From Emiliania huxleyi CCMP1516 (lineage: Eukaryota), in assembly GCF_000372725.1 (NCBI RefSeq), contig NW_005202427.1, positions 863,581-927,580 on the forward strand: a stretch of 64,000 nt of DNA, written 5' to 3'. Under the pieces are notes generated by a model. It had not been told where the DNA came from, ran no database searches, and worked only from the letters and a program-made list of their open reading frames with translations. The translations under genes were made by a program, and so were the position numbers. Position 1 is the first letter of the stretch; each line of letters begins with the position of its first letter. Of the stretch, positions 47,364-59,359 are shown in pieces.

Positions 47364-49687
47364 TTGGAGCACTTGGAGTGCAGTCATTAACCTCACATCC
47401 AGGGCCGGGGAGCTCAGAAGCGCACCCAGCGGGCCGGATGATCGGGATCGGGTTACGGGCTAGAGAGCCCTAGCCCCGGGGGTGCGCGTTCGCAGGGCAA
47501 GGGCCTTAAAGTAAACACGGGTCTCCGAGGGTTAGCCCCGCGTACCGGGTTTCCCCTTAACTGCAGGACGCCCCCTCTACTCGGAGCTAATGAACACCAT
47601 ACTGCACGCCCCACACCACCACTCTACACTCACTTGCGTCGGCGTCTGAGTAGACCCCCCCGCCTGAGGGCTCACCCCTCGCCTTCCCAGGGTCTCAACC
47701 CTCCTTGATTCGCTCTCTTGCTCGTCTCCCGAGCGTTATGCGACGACCGGTATGGTCGTTTCCCTCGTTGTTGGTGTCGCTTCCTCCGCTGCCGCCCTTC
47801 ATCCCCGCCAGCTTCTCCCGGCTCCACCGCTTCCGAGGGCGTCGACGGCCCGGTCGAGGTCTCCCCGGGCGAGAACGGTGGCATTGGGCCGCAACCAGTT
47901 CCACCCCCGGGGGGTCGAGCCCGCTCTCCCTGGTTGTCTCGCGCCCGCACCCGCGGCCTCTCTGTCGTCCTCGGCTCGCCCCCCCCCTCCGCCGGCTCCT
48001 CTCCAGGTTCGGGGGGGCGTGGCCCTCCCTGTGGAAGGTCGTGGTGGTCCGGTTGCCACCGCGACTGGCCTTCCCCTGGTGAGCCCGTACGTCCCGACTC
48101 CACTCTCAGAGGCCGCGTCAGCTCATCTCTCGCCTCCTCCGACAACTGACCCCAAGCCCCCTCCGGGGCCCTCCGGCCACGGCCCTCCGGCTCGCCGGTG
48201 GGCCCACTATCGTACCGCGGTAACTCCCCTCCCCCATCTCCTCCGTCCGGATACACCAGCCTCCGGCGGGGCGGTCCCGGACCCCCCAGGTTATTCCGAG
48301 CGGGTCCATCTTGCGGCGCCTCCTGAACGACCATCACCACCCGTCCGCCCGCTTCCGCCGTGGCTACCGCCTTCTTGTACACTCGGGTGAGGGCCCCCTG
48401 CCCGTGTTCGTTGACCGTGACCAAGACGTTGTGCGGCCACGGTCTCGCCTCCCATCTGTCCTCGGCGACATCATCCACTTCCACCCCCCACTCCCCTCCC
48501 GACCACGCCCCCCCCACCACTCTGGGTGCGGCCTCGAAGAGCGTCGACATAGTGAGCGCCGAGGTGAGCGCCTCGCCTCTCAATCCGAACGCATCCCTCA
48601 GCCACGCCCTCAGCTCCGGGACGATCTGTGCCACGATCCGCAGCGGGCCACGACCCCGCTCCCGGACCGCCTCGGAACACACCCGGACAGCCGCAGCGGG
48701 CAACCGCTGCGCTCCAGGCCACGTCCGACTCGCCCACACCGCAGCGAGGCAAGTCGCTCTCTCCGGAGTCATGCCGTGGCGCAGCCCCCCCGTGTGGACA
48801 GTCAGAACCGTGGGGTCCTTGCCCATCTCAAAGGCTTGAAGCTGGCGCCACACCCCCGCTCCCCGCCTTCCAGCCGCCCCGCTATTCACCGGAAGCCGGC
48901 AATCCGGAGCGAACCACAGCGAGTCCGCCATCGCAGCCAGGTGGGCCGACCTCTCCATCGCGACCCCTCCCAGCTCCGTCTTGCACGCAGCGCAGCCATA
49001 CCGGAAGTGGGCGCGCGTGTCCGGGCCGCCCTCGCATAGGTGGCACGCGGCTCGGGGGCGAGCTCCTTCCAGCCGCACTGTCCTCCGGATGGCCTCAGCG
49101 TCCGGCCCACCTTGCGCCTGTAACTCTGACGCCGTGCAGCTCATTCTTCCTAGCGTGGCCCGCATAGCCTCCTCCAAGAGCGGGCCCGGGAGTGCTCTGC
49201 GTAGGCCGGCCGTCACTCCCAGGTCGACTTTCCCGTCAGCGCCCAGTCGGAGGAGCAGCGTCGCCCTCCTAACTTCCAGGATCTCTATCGCACGTTGTGA
49301 TAGGGGGGCGCACTTCGCCCTCTCTTCCTGCACGAGTTCTCCCGGCCCTCGCACAGGGGGAGGGTCCTGGCGTCCCCGGTGGAGCTGCACGTTAGCGAGG
49401 CCTCGCACCGTATCCTCCCTCCGCGTCGCCGAGTCATCCCCCCCCATCGGCTGGTCTCGCGTGGCCTCCTCCATCCGGATGGTGTACGACCTCCTCACCG
49501 CTGCAGCCTGGTGTTGTAGTCCCGCCAGGGTGTTCACCGCTATGTCCTTGGCCAGGTTGGTTGCCGGGTCCATCGTTCCGCACCCTCCCAGGTCTAGCGG
49601 GAGCAGCACCACCTCCATCGCCGCCGAGCGCTGGGCCGTGAGCGGGGTGGGGGCTAGCCGGAGGGCTCGCAACGACGCCCGAGCGGC
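47364..49687 (-). mobile_element. 5'-truncated LINE-like retrotransposon (post-RT C-terminal part of ORF2 + 3' UTR)
   Basis: Intronless ORF 47672-49690 with a zf-RVT-type CHLCEGGPDTRAHFRYGC motif and codon use unlike the host genes. Possible 8-bp TSD CACCGCAC at 47356-47363 and 49688-49695. Confidence 0.62.
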
Positions 49688-49794
49688 CACCGCACACCGC
49701 GATTTCTTTTTTCCGAGTCCAGAGTGCAGAGTGCGAGTGGTTGCGCGGGCTCCTGCCGGGTTGCACGCCGACGGAGTTCAGCTCGCCCGTAGGC

Positions 49795-52700
49795 ATGGCG
49801 TCGCTTGGGACGCCAGGCGCAACCGGGCCGGCCCCCACCGGCACGCCTGGCTGGCTCCAAGAGGCCGGGAGACAAATCGAAATCTCTCCCGGCGCCAACG
49901 GAACAATCGACCTCACCGACGGCACGGGGCGCATGCCACCACGCCCCGCGACAATCATGGTGCAGGCGTGGCCCGCCAAGAGCAGAAAGGCGACCGTGCT
50001 CGAGCTCGCCATGGCCGAAGGCACCGTGGACGACTTTGAGGCCAAACTGGTCGAGATGGGCCTGCGCGAGGGCTACCGCCTTTACCAGCTGCACGGGGAC
50101 AAGCTCGAACCGCAGCCCACCACGTACCGGACGGTGATGGCGCTTTTGCCGTCGCGCCGCAGCGCAGGGGGGGGCGCCCGCCCGTCGAGCGAGCGACGCG
50201 AGCCGACCAAGCTTCTCGTCTCGAAGCCGCCGTCGTTCGACATGCTCTCCAAGGTGATCGCGCCCGAGTTCACCGCGGCGCAGGGCATCAAGGAGATCCT
50301 CGACAACGCGATCCAGTCCCTCGTCTTCTTCAGCATGGACCACCCGGCACCTCTCCTCCCCGCCGCCTCTCACTCCCCTGCCGCCTCTGCTGCTCCCTGC
50401 CGCCTCTCACTCCCCTCCTGCCCCCTCTCCTCCCTGCCGCCGCTCAGCCCCTTGCGGCCTCTGCTGCTCCCTGCCGCCTCTCCTCTCTGCCGCCGCTCAC
50501 TCCCTTGCGGCGGCTCTCCTCACCGCTCCACTCGCTGCAGGAGCTTCTCGCCAGCGGCTGCTGGACGCCGCAGCTCGTCATACTGATCGACCTGGCGCGC
50601 GGGCGGCTGCGCGTCGTCGACAACGGCGGCGGGCTCAACCCGACCCAGATGGAGGACTGGGCAGAGTGCGGCAACTCCACCAACCGCTCGCGCGTCAACG
50701 AGATGCTCGAGGCCGCGGCGGCGCGCTCCAGCACCGACCCTCGTGTCGCCGGCCTCTTCTCGCAGCTCTTCTCCTCGTACGGTATCGGCGGCAAGGGCGG
50801 CGGCGGCGCGCTCGCACCCGCCGCCTCTCCCTCGCCGCCTCTCCGATGCCCCTCCATCCTGCCGCTGCCGCGGCTGCCCACCCCCACACCCTCCTGCCAC
50901 CCCATCTCCACCCTGCTGCCTCTCCCTGCCCGCGCATCCCCTTCTCCACCACTCTCCCGACACCTTCGCGGCCTTGATTCGCGGCCTTGCACACACTCGC
51001 GGCCTTGACTCGTGGCGCGGCCTTGCACACACTCGCGGAGGCTCACAGTACTCGGCAGGCGCGCTCACCCGCGAGGGCAAGGAGATCCAAGGCAACATCA
51101 CCCTCTTCTCGAGCCAGGGACCCTTCGAGGACGACCGCACCTGCCTGCAGCAGATCAACTTCGACCTGCGCGAGGCGCAGCGCCGGCAGGCACAACTCAG
51201 CGACGCCGCTGCGCCCTGAGCTGCGACATCGCGTCGCCACGGCCTGACCCCCCCCCCCCTCCCCCCAGGCCGCCAAGGACAACTCGCCTTGGAACCGCGA
51301 GTACATCTGCGAGGAGTGGGAGCCCGAGACAGAGAAAGAGCTGCGGCAGCTCATGGACCGCGACGGCTGGGGCGACCGCATCACCTGCCTCGAAGTGGAC
51401 CGGCTCGCGCCTTCGGTGGTGGAGAAGCTTCGCGAGGCGGTCGCCGACCCGCACCGCTCCGAGCTCGTGGGCGAGATCGTCGACACGTGGGCCTACTCCT
51501 TCGAGCCGCGGCTGTACGAGGCGGTTGCGCGCGACTGCAACACCTTCAACAGGGAGAAGGACCCTCCGCCGCTGCGCATCACCGCCAGCGTCGAGGCGTG
51601 TGGCATCGACGGTGGCGCGGCGGACCCGACCAGCCTCAACGCGCTGGCGGGCCTCAAGTACCAGAAGCTTGCATCCCAGGCCGCCTCGTCCTCGTCGCAG
51701 CCGCTGCGGCGCGGGCTTCGCGCCGGCGGCGCCTCGGATGCGGAGGTGTTTTGCTACGAGTTTGACGTCACCGACGGCGCGGGCAAGCGGGGCAGGGCGC
51801 TGTTGCTTCTTCGCTACTACCCGATCAAGGACGGCGGCGAGACGCTGCCCGCCGAGTGCAAGGCCGGCTTCGACGTCCGGTGCTCCCCCCCCCCCCCCCC
51901 CCCCCCCCCCTTCCCCCGGGCCAAAGCGCCACACCTCCCACCCAGAAGCCCCCTCCCCTCACATCCCGCCCGCCGCGCTCGTGCAGGTGGCAGAGCCGGC
52001 TGCTCAAGGACGAGCGGCTGCGCCTCCTCTCCTTCATGGACCCCGCCGAGCTGTCGACCAAGGGCCGCGGCAGCGCGCAGAAGGAGCTGAGCTTGCTGCT
52101 GCAGCGCGTGGGCCACCGGCTGCACGGAGAGCTGCTGCTCGACCCGTCCTTCGCCGTCAACAAGATGAAGTCTCAGCTGCTGCAGAGCGGCGAGGAGTCG
52201 AGCTCGGGCAGTATCAAGCTCGTGCAGATGCTGAGGGACAGGAAGGTGGCGGAGTGGGTGCGGCCGGGCGGGGGCACGCTGGTCGACGAGTTCCTGCAGT
52301 GGCTGAGGGGGCGCGAGCAGCTCGACGACAATTTCCGGTTCGCGCCGAACAGCGAGCGCGGCGACGTCGAGGCGTGGCCACCTGCTATGGAGGACGGGGC
52401 GTCGCCTCCACAGTTGCTTCACGGAGTCAGTGGCGACGTGCTCCGCCTCACCGGCTACGTGAGCGACCCGGAGTCGAGCCCCTCGCCAGGCCGGGCACTG
52501 CTCACCCTCGCTTTGCGCTGTAGGTGACGAAGATTCTGCGGGCCGGCGACAAGACGTTGACGGCGCCGCGGAGCGAGTCTGGCCGACCTGTCGAGGCGGA
52601 CGCGCTGCGGCTGTGGTTGCGCAAGGACAAGAGCAAGGTGTTCAACAAGACGACCAACGCGGTGTGGGCCGAGGTGTACGGTTTCTACTTCTTCGCTCGC

Positions 52701-55700
52701 TCCGGCCTCAGCGCGGTGGAGGTGGAGGAGGAGTGCCGGAGGGCGACCGACGGCGAGGTCCTCTACCTCGAGGCGGGCGCACGCGCGAAGGCCGCCTCGC
52801 TGACGGGCGATGCGAAGGAGAAGGCGCTGATGCTTCGCGCTTTGCCGCTCGAGCTCATCGAGCTCAAGCAGTCCAGCTTGCGCATCCCGGAGAAGGACTG
52901 GAAGGCGCACGTGAGGTCGCTGCAGGACGCGCACGAGAAGACCAAGCCCAGCGCGGTGGTCTGCATCGACACCGCCACGGCCGACGCCACCGCCGCCGGC
53001 TCTTCCTTCGTGGGCGGGGATATCGAGCGGGACGTCCCGATCGAGTACGCCTGCGAGGGCTTCATCGATGAGGGCAAGAAGCTGTGGCTCGCCGTGCAGG
53101 TGCACAACGGGTCGAACAAGGTGATCAGCAAGACCGAGCTGGAGAAGGGTGGCTACGTGGTCAAGCTCACCGCGACGCACACCGAGGGCCAGGTCAAGCT
53201 CATCGAGGCGAGCCACTTTTACGCCGGTGGCGCGGCGTGGTTGCAGCCGAAGCTCGACGAGCCCGGCGAGTGGGTCTGCTCGATCGCCGTCGTCGACAAG
53301 AACGGCGCGACCGTCGGCAAGACGTGGGCGGTGACGATCCCGGTCGCGCAGCCGGAGAAATGCGCGTCCATCGAGGTCGAGTTTGAGGACGAGGACGCGA
53401 TGCTGCGCGTGGGCGAGGCCCTCCCCCCGCTCGTGGTGACGGCGTTCGACTGTGTCGGCGTCCAGTTTGAGCTGTCCGCGCTCCCAGACAATCTGGACGT
53501 CGACATCGTCGACAAGAAGTCGCAAGGCCAGCGGCTGGAGCTCGACCCGTTCGATCAGCAGCAGGCGGTGCTCGCGGACGGCAAGATCCGCATCTACAAC
53601 CTCGTGGTACGCGGCCCCTTTGCCACCGGCAAGCACGCGGGCAGCGTCAAGCTCGGCGTTGCCTTCGGCGAGCTTAAGGCCGCGAAGACGAAGTGGCTCG
53701 AGATCAAGTGCGGTCGGCCCGCCAACCTCTTGCTCGAGAACACGGAGGTGCTCTTCGACGCCGCGCCGTACGACGCCGGCGATTCACTGCCGCCGATGCG
53801 GCTGTTCTGCACGGACGTCCACGGCAACCCCGCCGGAGGCTGCTCGGTCTGGCTCGAGATGTCGCACGACGGCGAGGCCGGGTCCGATCCGTTCACCGGG
53901 CCGAGCGGGCCGTTTGAGACCAATGCCAAGGGCGAGCTGGTCTTGGGCGGTGGCAAGAAGGCCGGCTTCAAGGTCAATGGAGCTGTGCTGCGACCCGACG
54001 CGGAGGCAGTGGCCACCCTCAAGTTCGTCGCCACCCTCGAAGCCGAGGACGAGGCTGAGGACGCGGTGCTGGAGGTGCCGGTGCGGCTGGCGCAGCTCGA
54101 GCAGGAGGAGGAGCCCGAGCTGGCCACGCTGGCGATGTCCGTCGTGCCGGGCCCGGCGGGCTCCTCCACCCCGACCGTCGGCTGCGATGAGGAGTTCAAG
54201 ATCGAGCTGTACGGCTCCGACGAGGTCGGCAACGCCTGCCGCCTCGACCCCGCCGACTACGCCAAACCATACCTCGCCAGCTCGGGGGGGCTGGGGGCGA
54301 CTTGGGGCGACTGGAAACTAAACGGCGACGTGCTCGAGATGACGGTGCAGCTCAGCGGCAAGGCGGGCGACATCGAGATCGAGCTGCCCGAGTCTGACGC
54401 CCACCGTCACATCCACTGCGAGCCGCTGAAGCTCTCCCTCGTCGCCGGCGCGCCGAATGCGGTGGTCGCCTCCGTGGTCGGCAACCCCATCAACGGCGCG
54501 GAGCTGGTCGTGAGCGCACACCTCGTCGATGAGCACGAGAACGTCGTCGAGAGCCACGGCAGCGTCGTAGAGTGGGAGCCGCTGAAGGCCGAGGATCCGG
54601 ACCAGCTTCACGTTCACTGCTCTGGGAGCGGCAAGAAGAAGGGCGTCCGCGCGCAGCTCAAGGCGACCGTGCTCGCGAAACAGACGCTGCGCGAGCCGGA
54701 TGAGTTTGGCCTCGTGCTGTCGGCGCGCTTCAAGAAGGGCGGCGTCTGGCAGACCGTCACCACCGAGAGCGTCGACGCGGACCCCTTCCGCGTGACGCTG
54801 CAGCCCGGCGCCGCCGTCATCAGCGACTTGGTCGTCAGCCGCGTGCAGCTCGAGAACGAGGCGAGCGACACGACGAACGACTATGTCGACGACGACGTCG
54901 AGGCGAGGCCGACGCACGAGGTGCCGAAGGTGACGCAACCGCTGGAGCCCCTGCCGCCGCAGCCGCTGCATCTCACCGCCGAGCCCAGCGGCATGCTGCC
55001 GAGGCTTGCGCTGCGGGTTCGCTACGAGGACGGCGGCTTCCTCGAGCACCCCACGAAGTGCCAACTGCGGGCGAGGCTGGTGCGGAGCGGGGCGTCAGCG
55101 GAGGCGCGCACGGCGCGCAGGCAGCAGCAGCCGGCGCTCTTCTGGCCATCATCCGGCGACTGGCAGAAGCGCGCCGGCGGCCCCGTCGAGCTGAGCCCGC
55201 CCGGCGAGGCGCCGGTGCAGGGCCTGCTGCTGCAGGAGGTGCCAGCGCCCGCCGAGCCGGGGGCGTACTCGCTCGAGCTCGCCCTCTCCTTTGGCAGCAC
55301 GACGAAGGGCCTGCCGCCCTCTCAGCTGCTCAAGAGCGCGGAGCGGACAGAGGTCACGGCGGCTTTCGCCATCGTCGTCGAGGCTGGCCCTCCCTCGAAG
55401 CTCCTTCCGGCGCTGCCCGGTGCCTCGTCTGCAGGCCCTTCCTAGACACTTCCGAGACACTTCCGAGAGACCTCGGAGACACCTCCGCGACACCTCGTCT
55501 GCAGGCTCGGGCTCGACAACAGCGCCGCTCAAGGTCGTGGCGAACGAGGCGACTGAGCTCGGCACGTTTGCGCGCCTCGTCGACGCCATGTCCAACCGGC
55601 TCCCGTCCGACGGCACCGTCCGCCTCTCGCTCCGGCAGTACGCGATGGGGTCGGAGGAGGGGCAGGGCATCACGCTCGAGATCGCGCAGCCGGACACCAC

Positions 55701-57448
55701 GTTGCGCCTTGTCGACGGGGAGCTGTCGGCGCCGGCGTTGGCGTTGCGCGGCGCGGGCCCGTCGGGCCGGTACCAGCTCTGCTTTGAGCTCGAGTCCGAT
55801 GCCCAGGCGTGCAGTGCAGCAGGCTCGCCATCCACCGGCACCGAAGCCAGCCGCTAGAGAGCTCGAGTGCGATCCATAGGTGTCGGGCTGGCTCGCGGTG
55901 GACTACGAGAACCCCGCCGACGAGGGGGAGCGAGAGGCGGAGCGGCATCGGCAGGCGGAGAGGCTGCAGGCGGCACAGGCCCGGCTGCAGGCGGCGGAGG
56001 AGGAGGAGGGCGAGCTCTCCCGGCGGCAAAAGGCATGTGCTGGTCAGGTCGGTGCTGCGAGGCGCGCGCACGACTGCGCCAGCGCGGAGGTGCGCAGAAG
56101 CCAGGCGCTTCTCGCGCAGAAGCGCAGCAGTCGCGACGCGTTCGGCTTGGACGAGGCGGCCGTGAAGCGGCTCAAGACCGCGCACGGCATCGGCGACGCG
56201 GACGCGGCGTCGGCGAGCGCGACGGGCGCCATGCCGCCGAACACGCTCGGCCAAAAGCTGCGGGCGAAGGTCGCGCAGCTCGAGGAGAGCTTGACGGTGC
56301 GGGTGAGCGTCGACGGCGAGGAGGCGGAGCGGCGGCGCTTCGGCGACTTCCCCATCCCTTTGGAGCCCGACGACAACTCGCGCGTGTGGCTCGAGCTGCG
56401 GCCGCGCTCCGACGCCGACGGCGCCCAGGGCCCGCACGGCATCTTCAAGGTTTACTCGCGCGGCGGCGAAGAGCACGCTGAGGGCCCTGTCGACGAGCAG
56501 ACCCTCTCGCCCGACCCCGAGGGCGAGTACCTGCTCGACGCGCTGCAGCCCGCCGTGGAGAGCGGCCGCGTCGAGAGCCTCTTCGAGAGCGGCCGCGTTG
56601 CGGACGAGCGGCTCTCCAACATCCTCGCCGCGCTGCTGCCCTCGTGGTTTGGCGCCGACTGCGTCGTGCTCGCCCGGCCGCCCGCGGCGGCTCCGCCACC
56701 GCCATCTTTCTTTGCCCGGCTGAAGGCCAAGCACCTCAACCCGCTGGCGTCTCCGCCGCCCGCTCTCCTCCCGCCGCCGCCCGCCGCGGCGGCGGCGCCG
56801 CCAGAGGAGGACGCCGACTCTGGGCTCCTCAAGCTTGGCCCGGGCGGGTCGCTGCACCCCCCCTTCGACGGCGCAAGCTTCTTGGTAAACCGCATCTGCT
56901 GCGACGGCACCGCGGCGCGCACCGCATGGTACCGCGCGCTCGGCGGCTACGGCGATGCCATCGTCTTCGACAAGTCGAGCGCCATGATCGACTCCGACGC
57001 GCCGGCCTCCTCTCTGCTGGTTGCGCTCGAGGACGACGCGGGCTTGGTGGGCGGCGGCGGCGGAGGGTACGCGGTGCGATCCTCCGACGGTGGGATGGGC
57101 GCACTCGCCAAGCCCGCCTCCTCGGCGTGCCGACTCGGGAGGCTCACCGATGCGGACGAGGAGCAGGCGCTGAGCGGCACCGCCGAGGGCCGGAGGGTGG
57201 TTGAGTTTGAGCGGGCGGCGAGCGAGCTGAGCGAGCTGGAGCGGGCGGGTCGGGAGGCGGAGGAGGAGGAGGCCTCGGCGGAGAGGGCGTGGAGGGAGGC
57301 CGAGTGCGACTTGCGCCTGCTCGAGCAGGAGCTCGACCCGCTGCGCCACGAGGTGGAGCAGCTCCAGCAGCAGCTGGGCGTGGGAGGCACCGGAACCGGA
57401 GGCGGCCGCGTCCGCGGCAGGAAGCGGGCGCGCCAGGGGGTGGCTTAG
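49795..57448 (+). CDS. SMCHD1: SMCHD1/GMI1-like protein: GHKL ATPase, long beta-rich linker, coiled coil, SMC-hinge-like C-terminus
   Basis: GHKL motifs IKEILDNA, VVDNGGGL..QMEDWA, SSYGIGGK; WQSRLL, RLHGEL..FAVNKMK, FLQWL; hinge-like RVADERLSNIL..ADCVVL and FLVNRI..WYRALGGYGDAIVFD flanked by coiled coils. Confidence 0.78.
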
Positions 57449-57543
57449 TCCTTAGACCGATGCATGCATGTAAGAGCTGCGATGGTGACGAATTTGATCG
57501 AGGGTCCAGCAGTGTCGTCTTGTACGTTTACTTTTGCTAGGCC

Positions 57544-59094
57544 TAGGGTGCCCACAGGACCCAAAACCGCAAAAGAAAATAGCTCTGCGCCTCAAAAACG
57601 CAATGCTCCGCCGTTCGCTGCCGTGGTCTGCCGCCGTGCCGCCGCTCCTTACCGTGCCGCTCCTTCCGCGCCTCGCCGCCCTTGCCATTTATTCGCCGTC
57701 CCTCCTGCCGTGCGTTACCGCCGTGCCGCCGTACCGCCGCTCCTACAGTGCCGCGCCGCCTCCCACGCGCACACACCTTACCTCCTGCTCGACCGAGTTT
57801 GCGATGAGAAGTGACCCGAGCCGCCGGGTGCCCCGCAGCGGCCTCGCTGGACCAGAAGAACCGGTCCGCGAGTGCTCCGCAGCAGCCTCGCTGAGCCAGA
57901 ACGTCGGCTCGCGAGGTGGGGTGCTAGTATGAGCCCGACCCAGGTCGTAGTGTTCTTGCTCCCAGCGCTTGCGCTTCGGCGGTTAGTGGTGCACTAACCT
58001 CCGAGAAACCCTTCGGGTCGCTCCTCATCGCAAACCCTGTCAGCAGAGTCTCCTACGGGAATGTACGTAAGAGCTACATACACTGAGAGAGAAAAAGGGA
58101 CGCACGAGGCAAATCTGATGTTGGAATGTTTCAATAGCAGAGAGGCCTCTTCCGTTGGGGGACCGAGTGACTAGGAAACGAGGGTTCCCCATTGTGACCC
58201 GCTCCAGCGGCGAGCGTGACACTGCACTTGGCGCCGAGCGCCCCCGCGGCTCAGACCTTGTGCAAGAGCCGACCGCCTCGGTGAGCACGCCGGTCCGGAC
58301 CGATGGCACTCGGTGTGGAGCAAGCAAGACCCCCCCTCCCCCCAATCGGCGCGCGCCCGAGCTTTGAACGGCCGCCAGGAGCACCTGGAGGACTCCTCAT
58401 GGCTGTGCCCAAGTGGGCTTCGCGCCGGCCTCGGCTGGGGGGGCGGGTTGTCCCGGCTGCGGACACCTTCTGCAGCCCCCTGGGCGTGGGTCAGCACCCA
58501 AAAGCTGCCCCCCGGCGGCATACAGCACGGCCAGCCAGCCTCTTCCTCCTCCTCAAGGGCTGTACTATAGGTCATATTGCGCCGCCTCCTACTGGCAGCC
58601 GGGCGGGCGCGCGCCGCGGGCGCCTCGGCGCGCGCACGGCTCGCAAAATTCGAACGAGTACTGCCGCCCGGCCGCCTCAAGGCTGCCGGGCGGCAGTACT
58701 CGCCTCGCAAGGCGCGCACCGGCTGCTCTGGCTGCTGCGCCGGCGGCCGCTGCGCTGGCCGCTGCTGCGCTGGCCGGCGAGCGGTACGACCGCCGGTGGC
58801 CGCTGCACCCGCGCCTTCCCTCGCGGGCGCCGTCGCGCCGCGCGCGCCCAACTCTGCTGGCACACGGCACGCGTCGTCACTCAGCCGCGGAGAACAGGCG
58901 GTGCTGTGCGCGAAGCGCGCGCGATCTCGTACTTTCAAGGCTGGATCCGGCCATTTCAAGGGTATACCTTTGAGAATCCCCAGCGTCCCACCCTCCTAGC
59001 ACTCTCAATATCTCGACTCTCCAACACGAAGTGCTGCGATCGAGGTTCGCCCATTTCTTTTTCCTTTCTTTTTGGGGGCCCTGTGGGCACCCTA
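57544..59094. mobile_element. Non-autonomous hAT-like DNA transposon (1551 bp)
   Basis: Perfect 15-bp TIRs TAGGGTGCCCACAGG (57544-57558) / CCTGTGGGCACCCTA (59080-59094), extendable to 18/19. CTTTTGC at 57531-57537 and 59095-59101. No transposase ORF. Confidence 0.8.
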
Positions 59095-59359
59095 CTTTTG
59101 CATGATGGCGAACACCCGAAAAAACTGAAAAAAGAAGAGAAAGAGGTTGTTAAAGAGGCTGTACCTGTACCCCTCTTCGGACGTCGCAAAGAACTATGTC
59201 TCAGAAGAAAGAAAACAACAGGCAAAAACTGTTCAAGTTGTACCCTGAACGACTACATGTACTTATACCAACTTCGCCCCGCTTTCGCCGCCCCGCGTTT
59301 CTGCGTTTGGCGCCCCGCTTTCGCCTGCCCTGCGTTTGCGCCGCTCGAGTTACGCCGGC

